A stretch of DNA of 34,716 bases, from positions 1-34,716 of the forward strand of contig JBFLWF010000026.1 in assembly GCA_040758355.1 (NCBI GenBank), written 5' to 3'. This document shows, piece after piece, positions 1-7,949 of this stretch. Every line of letters begins with the position of its first letter. Within the stretch, counting starts at the first letter, position 1. Below the pieces are notes generated by a model, which was not told the origin of the DNA, did not search any database, and saw only the letters and a list, made by a program, of their open reading frames with translations. This DNA comes from Nitrospirota bacterium. Lineage in GTDB: Bacteria; Nitrospirota; Thermodesulfovibrionia; Thermodesulfovibrionales; Dissulfurispiraceae. The position numbers and the translations under genes were made by a program.

Positions 1-61
1 TCCGGACTGCTTCATCCTTAAACTGCTTGTCATACTTCCTCCGTCCATTTCCTTCTTGCAT
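1..61 (-). CDS. IS3-family transposase OrfA, N-terminal fragment (partial)
   Basis: Hand translation MQEGNGRRKYDKQFKDEAVR matches the 'RRKY..EFK.EAV' HTH_Tnp_1 start. A good RBS is present. Confidence 0.8.
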   Translation of the reverse strand, partial: MQEGNGRRKYDKQFKDEAVR

Positions 62-127
62 TTGACACCTCCCATGGTTATATTGTACCTAACCTTTCGG
101 TGTGTCCGTAATACCGGGGGACGTGCA
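1..127 (-). mobile_element. IS3-family insertion sequence, left end (continues beyond window start)
   Basis: Minus strand begins TGCACGTCCCCCGGTATTACGGACACA, a 5'-TG terminal-IR style typical of IS3. It is followed by RBS GGGAGGTG and an OrfA-like reading frame. Confidence 0.8.
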
Positions 128-251
128 TAGGTAGTATATTTATTATTGATTTGAGCAAATTTAACCAAAATTTAATGTCCGGTTGATACCGAGGAAATCT
201 TTATGCTTTAGTATTAGCCTATATAATTTTTAGAAATATCCATTCGTCCAA

Positions 252-279
252 TTGACTTTATCTGGATTTTGTCTAAAAT
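252..279 (+). promoter_or_regulatory. sigma70-type promoter of the activator gene
   Basis: TTGACT-N16-TAAAAT, upstream of RBS GGGGAGG and ATG 323. Confidence 0.55.
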
Positions 280-286
280 GAAGACA
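270..286. promoter_or_regulatory. TGT-N11-ACA site overlapping the -10 (putative autoregulatory operator)
   Basis: TGTCTAAAATGAAGACA, the same 17-bp motif found upstream of the sigma54 promoters. Confidence 0.6.
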
Positions 287-322
287 TATGCTTGACTTTA
301 AGAACTCTCGGGGGAGGATTAA

Positions 323-1774
323 ATGGCTCGTTTATATCCGCGCATTGCAAGGAATATTCCTGTGGAGGTAGATGCAAAGCATATAAGAACAGAAGGGATG
401 CTTGCCAACCTCGGCATGAATGGCGCTTTTCTGATCCCCGATAAGAAATTAACCGGGGACAATGATAATGTTCTGCTTAAATACAATCTTTCCGAATTTG
501 GAGGTTTTGAGCACAGCGGCAAGATTATCAGGAAGGACAGGAGTGGTTACGCCTTAAAATTTTACGATCTTGACATCACTGCAAAGGTTAAACTCTGGAA
601 ATATATAGCTGATAATCTGACTGCTATTAACGAATGTCCTTATTGCGGAGAGAAGTATAATAAAATGCCGATGGTCTGTAATGCCTGCGGCTGGGAGCTT
701 ACCTTCAATTCCCCGGAATATTTTGCATATCACGAAAAGCAGAGCCTTCTTAAAAAATTATATTCAGAGGCAAATAGTCTCACTATAGATTATTTACAGA
801 GACTGATTAATTTTATGGAAGTAGAAATCCTGAAGACAGGCGGCAGCGAAGGGTTTCAGGAGTTTGTTGGGGCGAGCAGTGTTATGTTAGAGGTATTCTC
901 AAAAATCAGGAAGGTGGCTCCAACAGACCTTCCGGTGCTTATACTTGGCGAAAGTGGCACCGGCAAGGAATTGACTGCATTGGCAATTCATGAGAGGAGC
1001 CTGAGAAAGGACAAGACTTTCGTCACCATAAACTGTGCTGCGATACCAGAAGGTCTGCTTGAGGCAGAACTCTTTGGCTACGAAAGGGGGGCATTTACCG
1101 GAGCGTATGCCAGCAAAAAGGGAAAATTTGAGTGCGCGGGTGGCGGTACTATTTTCTTAGATGAGATTGGAGACATGCCTCTAAGCCTTCAATCAAAGCT
1201 TTTGAGATTCCTTCAGGACAGGGTTATTGAAAGGATAGGGGCGATAGGCGGGAAAAAAGTTGATGTGCGGCTTATTGCTGCTACTAACCGTGACCTCGGC
1301 TCAGCCATTGCAGAAGGCAGGTTCAGAAACGACCTTTATTACAGATTGAATGCCTTCACGATAAGTCTTCCTCCGGTTAGAGAGAGGGGGGAGGATAAAG
1401 TAATACTTGCAAAGCATTTTCTTAACAGATTTTGCAGGGAGATGGGTTTAACAAAGACATTTACAGGAGAAGCAATAGAGGCTGTAAGGGCCTACCCATG
1501 GCCCGGCAATGTCAGGGAGATGATTAATAAAATAAGAAGGGCTATTGTGATGGCTGAGGCCAACTCCATAAGTCAGCGGGATTTGGATTTAGCTGCGCAA
1601 CAGACAATGGATGTATCGAAGGATACAGGCTTGCGGGATGCAATAGAAAAAATTGAAGTGCAGAAGATTAAAGAGACATTGAATACCTGCGGCAATAATA
1701 TCTCGAGAGCAGCCAGGCAATTGGGTGTGAGCCGCCAGAGCCTTTACAACTACAAAAAGAAGTACGGCATATAA
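323..1774 (+). CDS. sigma54-dependent enhancer-binding protein with N-terminal PilZ-like domain and zinc ribbon
   Basis: RLYPR (RxxxR) and NLGMNG PilZ-like motifs; CPYC/CNAC; Walker A GESGTGKE; GAFTGA; Walker B FLDEIG; WPGNVRE; C-terminal Fis-type HTH. Confidence 0.95.
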   Translation: MARLYPRIARNIPVEVDAKHIRTEGMLANLGMNGAFLIPDKKLTGDNDNVLLKYNLSEFGGFEHSGKIIRKDRSGYALKFYDLDITAKVKLWKYIADNLTAINECPYCGEKYNKMPMVCNACGWELTFNSPEYFAYHEKQSLLKKLYSEANSLTIDYLQRLINFMEVEILKTGGSEGFQEFVGASSVMLEVFSKIRKVAPTDLPVLILGESGTGKELTALAIHERSLRKDKTFVTINCAAIPEGLLEAELFGYERGAFTGAYASKKGKFECAGGGTIFLDEIGDMPLSLQSKLLRFLQDRVIERIGAIGGKKVDVRLIAATNRDLGSAIAEGRFRNDLYYRLNAFTISLPPVRERGEDKVILAKHFLNRFCREMGLTKTFTGEAIEAVRAYPWPGNVREMINKIRRAIVMAEANSISQRDLDLAAQQTMDVSKDTGLRDAIEKIEVQKIKETLNTCGNNISRAARQLGVSRQSLYNYKKKYGI

Positions 1775-1801
1775 GAGACCCGTTTCGCTCTGTTTTACAT
1801 C

Positions 1802-1818
1802 TGTCCATAGGTTTTACA
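1802..1818. promoter_or_regulatory. Upstream activator sequence (TGT-N11-ACA) for P1
   Basis: TGTCCATAGGTTTTACA, starting 71 bp before the GG of the -24 box. IHF-like AATCAAAGGAATT at 1853-1865. Confidence 0.75.
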
Positions 1819-1871
1819 CCGATTAATAATCCCGCCTTTATAACTTCAATAAAATCAAAGGAATTGCAGAC

Positions 1872-1886
1872 AGGCATATTCTTTGC
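1872..1886 (+). promoter_or_regulatory. sigma54 -24/-12 promoter P1
   Basis: AGGCAT-ATTCT-TTGC matches TGGCAC-N5-TTGC with correct GG-N10-GC spacing. Confidence 0.8.
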
Positions 1887-1936
1887 TCAATCAAGAATGG
1901 AATATTTTTTCAAAGGGGATGCAGGTGGGCAGGAAT

Positions 1937-2146
1937 ATGGCAGTGAATGCGATAAAAGGGGCGGGGGCATTTAACAAGACGGTCATAAGGTGCCCCCATC
2001 TAATAAAATGGGCCATACATACATGTAAGGCAGGAGATAAGCCTTATGCCCCGAGCCTTTTTGAGCTCATGGAATACTGCACAACCGGAGACCATAGAAA
2101 ATGCCCTTTTTATTTTAGAAATAAGGAATGTAGGGGGATTTCATAA
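1937..2146 (+). CDS. Small Cys-rich hypothetical protein (69 aa)
   Basis: First ORF after P1, with AGGA RBS. Pattern CPHL..C..YxPSxFELxEYC..HxKCPFY suggests metal binding. The TTG start at 1883 overlaps the promoter and is unlikely. Confidence 0.7.
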   Translation: MAVNAIKGAGAFNKTVIRCPHLIKWAIHTCKAGDKPYAPSLFELMEYCTTGDHRKCPFYFRNKECRGIS

Positions 2147-2168
2147 GGGGGACAAAGTCCCCCTTATG
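2142..2168. repeat. Perfect 12-bp inverted repeat (RNA hairpin, no U-tract)
   Basis: CATAAGGGGGAC-AAA-GTCCCCCTTATG. Confidence 0.85.
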
Positions 2169-2184
2169 CCAGGAGGAGATAAAG

Positions 2185-2259
2185 ATGGACTTGATTTCTA
2201 TTTTAATGCTCTTACTGCCTTTAGCAGGCTGCATATACGCCTTTAACTTTAAGGCTTAA
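2185..2259 (+). CDS. Putative 24-aa hydrophobic micro-protein with LAGC lipobox-like motif
   Basis: Strong RBS AGGAGGAG at 2171-2178. Hand translation MDLISILMLLLPLAGCIYAFNFKA. Confidence 0.55.
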   Translation: MDLISILMLLLPLAGCIYAFNFKA

Positions 2260-2332
2260 GGCCGATTAACGATATTTTGGTCTACAAAAAAGCGGCTCTA
2301 AATGCATACCGACTTCATGAAAGTGAATACCC

Positions 2333-4348
2333 ATGGATCTTGAATTTATCGATACACGCTCATTGTCCGCCATACAGGATTCCATTTCAGAAATAACCGA
2401 CCTGTCTTTCTCCACCTATGACAGCGGTGGCGCCCTGTTGGCTCCTCCAAAGAAAGAGGACAGGCTGCTTGCCCAGATAAAGTCCTATGCCTCCGGCAGA
2501 GAGGAATATGAAAGATTCATCCGCGATGGAATAGAAAGGGCAGTTTTAAGGAAGGAGACATCCGTTATTAAAGGGATTGCCAATCAGCACCATCTTTTTA
2601 TCCCCATTGATGTTAACGGCTTTAAACTTGTTCTTGTCAGCAGTCCATTTTACTTTATAAGAACAGAATTTGAGGATTTTTTGATTAAAAAGGGGGAATA
2701 TTTCGGTTTTTTGCTATCACATCTTGAATCATGGCTGGAGACAATTAATTTTAAAGACTACCCATCTGTTCAAAAAATATCGACCCATGTAAAATCCATA
2801 TTCGAAACATTCCTGCAGGGCAGTTACGAAAAGAATCTGAACCGCAGGAGGTACCAGATGGCCAAGACAATGATAGATCTCACATTCAATACCCAATTGC
2901 CGGTACCTGTAAAAGATTTTTACTCATCGTTTCTTGATGCAATACTCTTTCTCTTTAGTGTTGACACCGTCTCTGTAATGGTCAAGGAGAAGAATTTTTT
3001 TAAGACTGCCATAGCTTCAGGCAGGTCGCAGGATGATGTAAGGACTTTAAGAATGAAGGAAGATAATCCAATGGTCATCCGTTCTGTAGAAGGCTTTATT
3101 CCGGAATTCACAAATGATGTCATGGAAATCTCTAAGCTCGGTTTTCCGGAGAGCATAACATCACTGCATATCTTCCCTCTTTTGTGCAGGAACAACACCT
3201 ATGGTTTAGCGGTCATATACAACTCCGTTTTATCAAGGGAGGAATCCTACAGCATTTTAGAGTTCTGTAAGCTTTCATCGCTGGTACTTAAAAACCTTTC
3301 TTTACAAAATGCCCGTGAAAATTGCATCGATAAAATAACGGCACTAAACACAGCAGCAACAAAATTAACGCCAAAGCTTCATAATCTCGATATCCTTTAT
3401 GAGACCATTGTGGATACGGCCACAGAGCTTCTAAGGTCAGAAAAGGGCTCCCTCATGGTGCCAGAAGATGGCAGCTTACTGATAAAAGCTGTAAAGGGTA
3501 TAAACAAGTGGCTTATACAGGATATAAAGATAAGAATAGGAGAGGGAATTGCAGGAAAGGTATTTGAAGATGGCGAACCACTCCTTGTAAAAGATGTAGC
3601 AAAGGCCGGGATGCCGTATATCAAACCCCGAAGCCATTATAAAACAGGCTCCTTTGTCAGTGTGCCGATGAAATTTGCTTCCGAGACAATAGGCGTCCTC
3701 AGTATTTCGGATAAAATAACAGGGGAAGAGTTTACAGGACAGGATATGGATGTGCTCAACTACTTCTCGTCTCATGCCTCGATAGCTTTAAAGACTTCAA
3801 GTTATTACAACCTGGCTGAAAAAATGAAAGAGCTTTCTATTACAGACCCTCTGACAGGGGTCTTTAATAAACGATACCTTCAGGAGCGTTTCGAAGAGGA
3901 GATCCGCCGCTCGGAGCGTTATGATCTTGTTTTTTCCGTCGCAATATTCGATATTGATTATTTCAAGATCTTCAATGACACAGAAGGCCATCTCGCAGGA
4001 GACAATGCATTAAAAGGAATTGCCCGTATAGCCCACGGGTCTTTAAGGGCGAATGATATTTTAGCGAGATTCGGCGGCGAAGAATTCGCCATTTTAATGC
4101 CCCAGACAGACAATGAGAAAAAAGAGGCATTTGTCGTTGCAGAAAGAATAAGAGAGAGCATACGGGCGTCCCTCACCCGCAAGTGGGAAAAGTTTCCGTA
4201 TCCATCGATAACAGTGAGCATAGGCATATCATGCTTCCCCGACGATGGCAGGAGTATGGACGAACTGATAGAAAGCGCTGACAGGGCGCTTTACAAGGCA
4301 AAGGCATTGGGGAAAGATAGAACCGTTATATTTAAAAAAGAAGATTAA
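2333..4348 (+). CDS. Diguanylate cyclase (PocR-like sensor, GAF domains, GGEEF)
   Basis: SITDPLTG, DIDYFK, RAND (RxxD I-site) five residues before GGEEF, ADRALYKAK. The N-terminus resembles PocR; GAF motifs GEGIAGKV and FVSVPM are present. Confidence 0.93.
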   Translation: MDLEFIDTRSLSAIQDSISEITDLSFSTYDSGGALLAPPKKEDRLLAQIKSYASGREEYERFIRDGIERAVLRKETSVIKGIANQHHLFIPIDVNGFKLVLVSSPFYFIRTEFEDFLIKKGEYFGFLLSHLESWLETINFKDYPSVQKISTHVKSIFETFLQGSYEKNLNRRRYQMAKTMIDLTFNTQLPVPVKDFYSSFLDAILFLFSVDTVSVMVKEKNFFKTAIASGRSQDDVRTLRMKEDNPMVIRSVEGFIPEFTNDVMEISKLGFPESITSLHIFPLLCRNNTYGLAVIYNSVLSREESYSILEFCKLSSLVLKNLSLQNARENCIDKITALNTAATKLTPKLHNLDILYETIVDTATELLRSEKGSLMVPEDGSLLIKAVKGINKWLIQDIKIRIGEGIAGKVFEDGEPLLVKDVAKAGMPYIKPRSHYKTGSFVSVPMKFASETIGVLSISDKITGEEFTGQDMDVLNYFSSHASIALKTSSYYNLAEKMKELSITDPLTGVFNKRYLQERFEEEIRRSERYDLVFSVAIFDIDYFKIFNDTEGHLAGDNALKGIARIAHGSLRANDILARFGGEEFAILMPQTDNEKKEAFVVAERIRESIRASLTRKWEKFPYPSITVSIGISCFPDDGRSMDELIESADRALYKAKALGKDRTVIFKKED

Positions 4349-4350
4349 GG

Positions 4351-4367
4351 TGTAAGGTTTCTTTACA
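4351..4367. promoter_or_regulatory. Upstream activator sequence (TGT-N11-ACA) for P2
   Basis: TGTAAGGTTTCTTTACA, 82 bp before the GG (about one helical turn more than the others). IHF-like AATCAGCATTTTT at 4412-4424. Confidence 0.7.
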
Positions 4368-4431
4368 AATCGCAAAGAAATTATCCAAATCTTTTTAGAC
4401 TAATCCTTTAAAATCAGCATTTTTGCAAATC

Positions 4432-4446
4432 TGGCACATAATCTGC
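4432..4446 (+). promoter_or_regulatory. sigma54 -24/-12 promoter P2
   Basis: TGGCAC-ATAAT-CTGC. Confidence 0.8.
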
Positions 4447-4516
4447 TTAACAATTTAACAATAGGGGGTATCTGGCGATGGCATCTGATAGATGGTTGTT
4501 ATGGAGGATGTATTAC

Positions 4517-4711
4517 ATGAACAAGCACAGGGCAGAGACTCTTATCTCTATACTCATGGAATCGCCCATATATCTGACCCTTCCCATCGAGGCGAGGCGC
4601 TCTCTTCTAATAAGCCTGTTGGATAGCTATCCTTCCCTTTTCGATGCATGGGATTACGATGAAGAAGTCGAGTTCCGGTATGAGTTTGAACAAGCGGGAA
4701 ATCCTCATTGA
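4517..4711 (+). CDS. Small hypothetical protein (64 aa; alternative start 4478)
   Basis: Downstream of P2, RBS GGAGG at 4503-4507. Sequence MNKHRAETLISILMESPIYLTLP... with an acidic tail. Confidence 0.7.
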   Translation: MNKHRAETLISILMESPIYLTLPIEARRSLLISLLDSYPSLFDAWDYDEEVEFRYEFEQAGNPH

Positions 4712-4760
4712 GGTTACTGTAAAAAGCTTTTAACAGTTGATTAAACCCATTTAATACAAT

Positions 4761-4777
4761 TGTCCATCGTTTTGACA
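4761..4777. promoter_or_regulatory. Upstream activator sequence (TGT-N11-ACA) for P3
   Basis: TGTCCATCGTTTTGACA, 70 bp before the GG. Confidence 0.75.
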
Positions 4778-4829
4778 CATCTGAAAATTCAAACCATAGA
4801 AAACCTTGCAATTCCGCTATTGTTCTGAC

Positions 4830-4844
4830 AGGCATGTCTTTTGC
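4830..4844 (+). promoter_or_regulatory. sigma54 -24/-12 promoter P3 (glucan synthase operon)
   Basis: AGGCAT-GTCTT-TTGC. The context GACAGGCAT..TTTGCTCAA is nearly identical to P1. Confidence 0.8.
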
Positions 4845-4879
4845 TCAAATGACAGAAAACATATAAGGAAGAAATAATA

Positions 4880-7078
4880 ATGGCATCTGACAGGACTTTT
4901 CATATAGAGCGGGTAAAGGGAACAACTTTTATAGCACTGCTGTCTATAGTTGTGACTGCCTATTATCTCATATGGCGTTTTAACACACTCAATCCTGATG
5001 CGATGGGCTTCTCCATTGTCCTTTACTCTGCAGAGGTCTATGGTTTTATAACAACCCTGATGTTCTTCTTCATGATATGGAAGCCCAGAAAGAGGTTTTC
5101 TATTGCTCCGGAGCAGAGTCTCACAGTGGATGTATTCATTCCTACTTTAAATGAGGATGTGGAACTTCTGAGGAAGACGGTTTTAGGATGCCTCAACATG
5201 ACCTATCCCCATAAGACCTATATCCTTGATGACGGCAGGAGGCCGGAAGTCGAGACTCTTGCAGGGGAGCTTGGATGTGGATATATTGCAAGACCGGATA
5301 ACAGGGATGCCAAGGCAGGGAATCTCAACCATGCCATGGGAAGGACAGATGGTGAATTCATTGCTGTCTTTGATGCCGACCATGTGCCCCAGCCCGATTT
5401 TCTTGATAAGGTTCTGGGATATTTCAGGGACAGAAGGGTTGCCTTTGTCCAGACACCCCAGGATTTTTACAACATTGACTCCTTCCAGCACAGATTGACA
5501 AAAAGTAAAAAGCTCTGGACAGAGCAATCGCTCTTTTTCTCCTTGATACAGCCGGGAAAGGACAAATGGAATGCAGCCTTCTTCTGTGGGAGTTGTGCGG
5601 TTCTCAGGAGGAAGACATTGGAGGATATAGGAGGTTTTGCAACAGGAACAGTGACCGAAGACCTGCATACATCCATAAGGCTTCATGCAAAGGGGTGGAA
5701 ATCTATTTATCACAACGAGAGTCTTGCATACGGCATTGCTGCCCCTGTGCTTTATCCTTTCCAGCAGCAGAGGCTCAGATGGGGGCAGGGAGCAATGCAG
5801 GTCTTAACAAGGGATAACCCTGTTTTTATAAAGGGACTTACATTTCCCCAGAGGATATGCTATCTGGCATCCATAATCACATATTTTGACGGTTTTCAGA
5901 AGGCTGTTTATTATGTCTCTCCGATAATCGTACTTCTTACCGGTCTTTATCCGATTAAGGCCATTAATATGGATTTCCTCATCAGGTTCATCCCGCACCT
6001 CGGCCTTTCCCTCTGGGCTTATGAGGAGATGACAAAGGGCTTTGGCAGGATTTTTCTTATGGAGCAGTATAACATGATAAGGTTTAACACCTTTATCAAG
6101 TCTACTACGGGTTTCTTTAAGAATAAAAAACTGCGATTTAAAGTAACGCCGAAAACAGGATTCGAGAGAACACATATAAGAATGCTTATGTCCCAGGCGT
6201 TGATATTGTCTGTCGGCATTCTGTCCATTTTCTGGACAATCTCCGGACTTGCCCCTTATAAGATTGACAGGGGAATTATTGCTGCAAACATATTCTGGGC
6301 TTTGATAAATACGGGGATCGCATATACTGCGGTCAGATACGCATTAAGAAAAGTCCAGAGGAGGAAGGACTTCAGGTTCCCTGTCAATCTTCCCGCCCTT
6401 GCTGTTTTTCCAAATCCGGGGAGCCGCTTGATTGTAGCGGAGGATCTCCATGAAAGGGGGGCGTTAATACACAGCCCTGAGAGGTTTAAGTCCGGCTCTA
6501 TATTAACACTCCGTCTTCCCCTTGCTCACAGGACAGTTGAAATAAAGGGCAGGGTGCTTTATTCAAAAGAGGGTAGTGACCGTGGGATTCCAATTTTCCG
6601 TCATGGCATTGAGTTTGAGAAGGTATCAGGGGATGCGAGGGATGCAATAGTCATGTTCAACTTTTCCTATGCCGTCAATAAAATGATGAATAACCTTTCC
6701 ATTGCCGAAGAGACTCCTCTTTTAAAGATCCATCGAATGTTAAGGGGCACGGCAATTCAAAAACGGGGTGTAAGACACCACTTGCATTTGCCGGGAACCC
6801 GCTGGATTAGTGCAAAAGAGCAACTGCCATTTGTTACAGAAGACATAAGCGACTACGGTATGAGGATATTCACATACAGTGAAATCAAGGAGCCTTTTAT
6901 ATCCTTTGACCTTGTCTCCCATAATGGGTGGCCATTGCTTAAAGGGAGAATCATATGGCGTAAAGGTATGGATTTTCATGGTAATAAGGCATGGCAGTAT
7001 GGCGTGAAATTTTTGATTGAAACAGAGAAGGTTGTTCACAAGGAAGTATTGGGAGGGCTTGTACACGCCAATGCCTGA
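4880..7078 (+). CDS. bcsA: BcsA-like GT2 beta-glucan (cellulose) synthase catalytic subunit with two PilZ domains
   Basis: LDDG, AKAGNLN, FDADH, QTPQ, FFCGS, VTED and QRLRW motifs; multiple TM helices; PilZ RKDFR/DLHERG and a second PilZ with DISDYG. Confidence 0.88.
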   Translation: MASDRTFHIERVKGTTFIALLSIVVTAYYLIWRFNTLNPDAMGFSIVLYSAEVYGFITTLMFFFMIWKPRKRFSIAPEQSLTVDVFIPTLNEDVELLRKTVLGCLNMTYPHKTYILDDGRRPEVETLAGELGCGYIARPDNRDAKAGNLNHAMGRTDGEFIAVFDADHVPQPDFLDKVLGYFRDRRVAFVQTPQDFYNIDSFQHRLTKSKKLWTEQSLFFSLIQPGKDKWNAAFFCGSCAVLRRKTLEDIGGFATGTVTEDLHTSIRLHAKGWKSIYHNESLAYGIAAPVLYPFQQQRLRWGQGAMQVLTRDNPVFIKGLTFPQRICYLASIITYFDGFQKAVYYVSPIIVLLTGLYPIKAINMDFLIRFIPHLGLSLWAYEEMTKGFGRIFLMEQYNMIRFNTFIKSTTGFFKNKKLRFKVTPKTGFERTHIRMLMSQALILSVGILSIFWTISGLAPYKIDRGIIAANIFWALINTGIAYTAVRYALRKVQRRKDFRFPVNLPALAVFPNPGSRLIVAEDLHERGALIHSPERFKSGSILTLRLPLAHRTVEIKGRVLYSKEGSDRGIPIFRHGIEFEKVSGDARDAIVMFNFSYAVNKMMNNLSIAEETPLLKIHRMLRGTAIQKRGVRHHLHLPGTRWISAKEQLPFVTEDISDYGMRIFTYSEIKEPFISFDLVSHNGWPLLKGRIIWRKGMDFHGNKAWQYGVKFLIETEKVVHKEVLGGLVHANA

Positions 7079-7205
7079 CAAAAATCATTTAGAAAATTTA
7101 GAAATGGAGTCAAAAGTGAGGATTGTTTGTCTTGAATGCCTTTACTGTCATTTCGAAAACAACCTATCAGACTGCAAGGAATTTCAGGCCATACATTGCC
7201 TTTAG
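7071..7205 (+). CDS. Possible 44-aa Cys-rich micro-protein
   Basis: ATG overlaps the bcsA stop (ATGCCTGA), with GGGAGGG upstream. Contains CLECLYCH...C...C and fills the gap up to the next RBS. Confidence 0.35.
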   Translation: MPDKNHLENLEMESKVRIVCLECLYCHFENNLSDCKEFQAIHCL

Positions 7206-7224
7206 AAAAAACACAGGAGGGTAT

Positions 7225-7947
7225 ATGAGAAATAGAAAAGTGTTTTTTATATTTGTATTTGCGATCTTCGTGTTGTTTTCTTCCGACTCGAGGGCAGCTT
7301 CTTTCAGTTTGCTCTTCGGAGGAGAGGCAGACACAGAGGGACAGAGTTATATTTACGCAGGTGTAATCGGAGAAAGCCCGCTGCAGAAGAAGCTTTCCCT
7401 TATGTATAAGCTGTGGCTTGACCATCTCACATACGAATTTGAAAAGGACAACGATACGATTAAGGCAAAAGCGCCTGCCTTTCAGCCGGCCCTTGGCCTG
7501 AAATTTCTTGATAGTGGGTGCAGCACAACCCTCTGGGTAGGCTGGGAGCACAGGAATACAAATATAAAGCCCGTCAGGGAAAATGTGGAAGTAAGGGGTG
7601 TTACGGACAGCCTTGTGCTGCAGTTCGAATTTAATAAATGGACAGAGAAATCGACAAATTTTAATATCATTGCAAGCTACAGTACAGAGAACAGCTATGT
7701 CTGGACAAGGGGGAGAATAAAACAGGAGCTTTCATCTTACCCCCTCGGACGTGACCTTCCCTTGAGGATAGGGCTTGAGGTTGTCGGACAGGGGAATAAG
7801 GACTATAGTGCTTTTCAGGTTGGACCGCTATTAGAAATATATAGCCTCGAAAAAAATGCCTCCTTTGCAATCCGCGGAGGATATAAGCGCAGCTCAAGCA
7901 ATGACAATAGCGCCTATGGAGGCATTGAACTCTTTTTCGGCTTTTAG
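7225..7947 (+). CDS. bcsS: BcsS/YaiO-like outer-membrane beta-barrel protein
   Basis: RBS AGGAGG; signal peptide; amphipathic beta-strands ending in a C-terminal Phe (YGGIELFFGF); located between the bcsA copies. Confidence 0.7.
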   Translation: MRNRKVFFIFVFAIFVLFSSDSRAASFSLLFGGEADTEGQSYIYAGVIGESPLQKKLSLMYKLWLDHLTYEFEKDNDTIKAKAPAFQPALGLKFLDSGCSTTLWVGWEHRNTNIKPVRENVEVRGVTDSLVLQFEFNKWTEKSTNFNIIASYSTENSYVWTRGRIKQELSSYPLGRDLPLRIGLEVVGQGNKDYSAFQVGPLLEIYSLEKNASFAIRGGYKRSSSNDNSAYGGIELFFGF

Positions 7948-7949
7948 GT

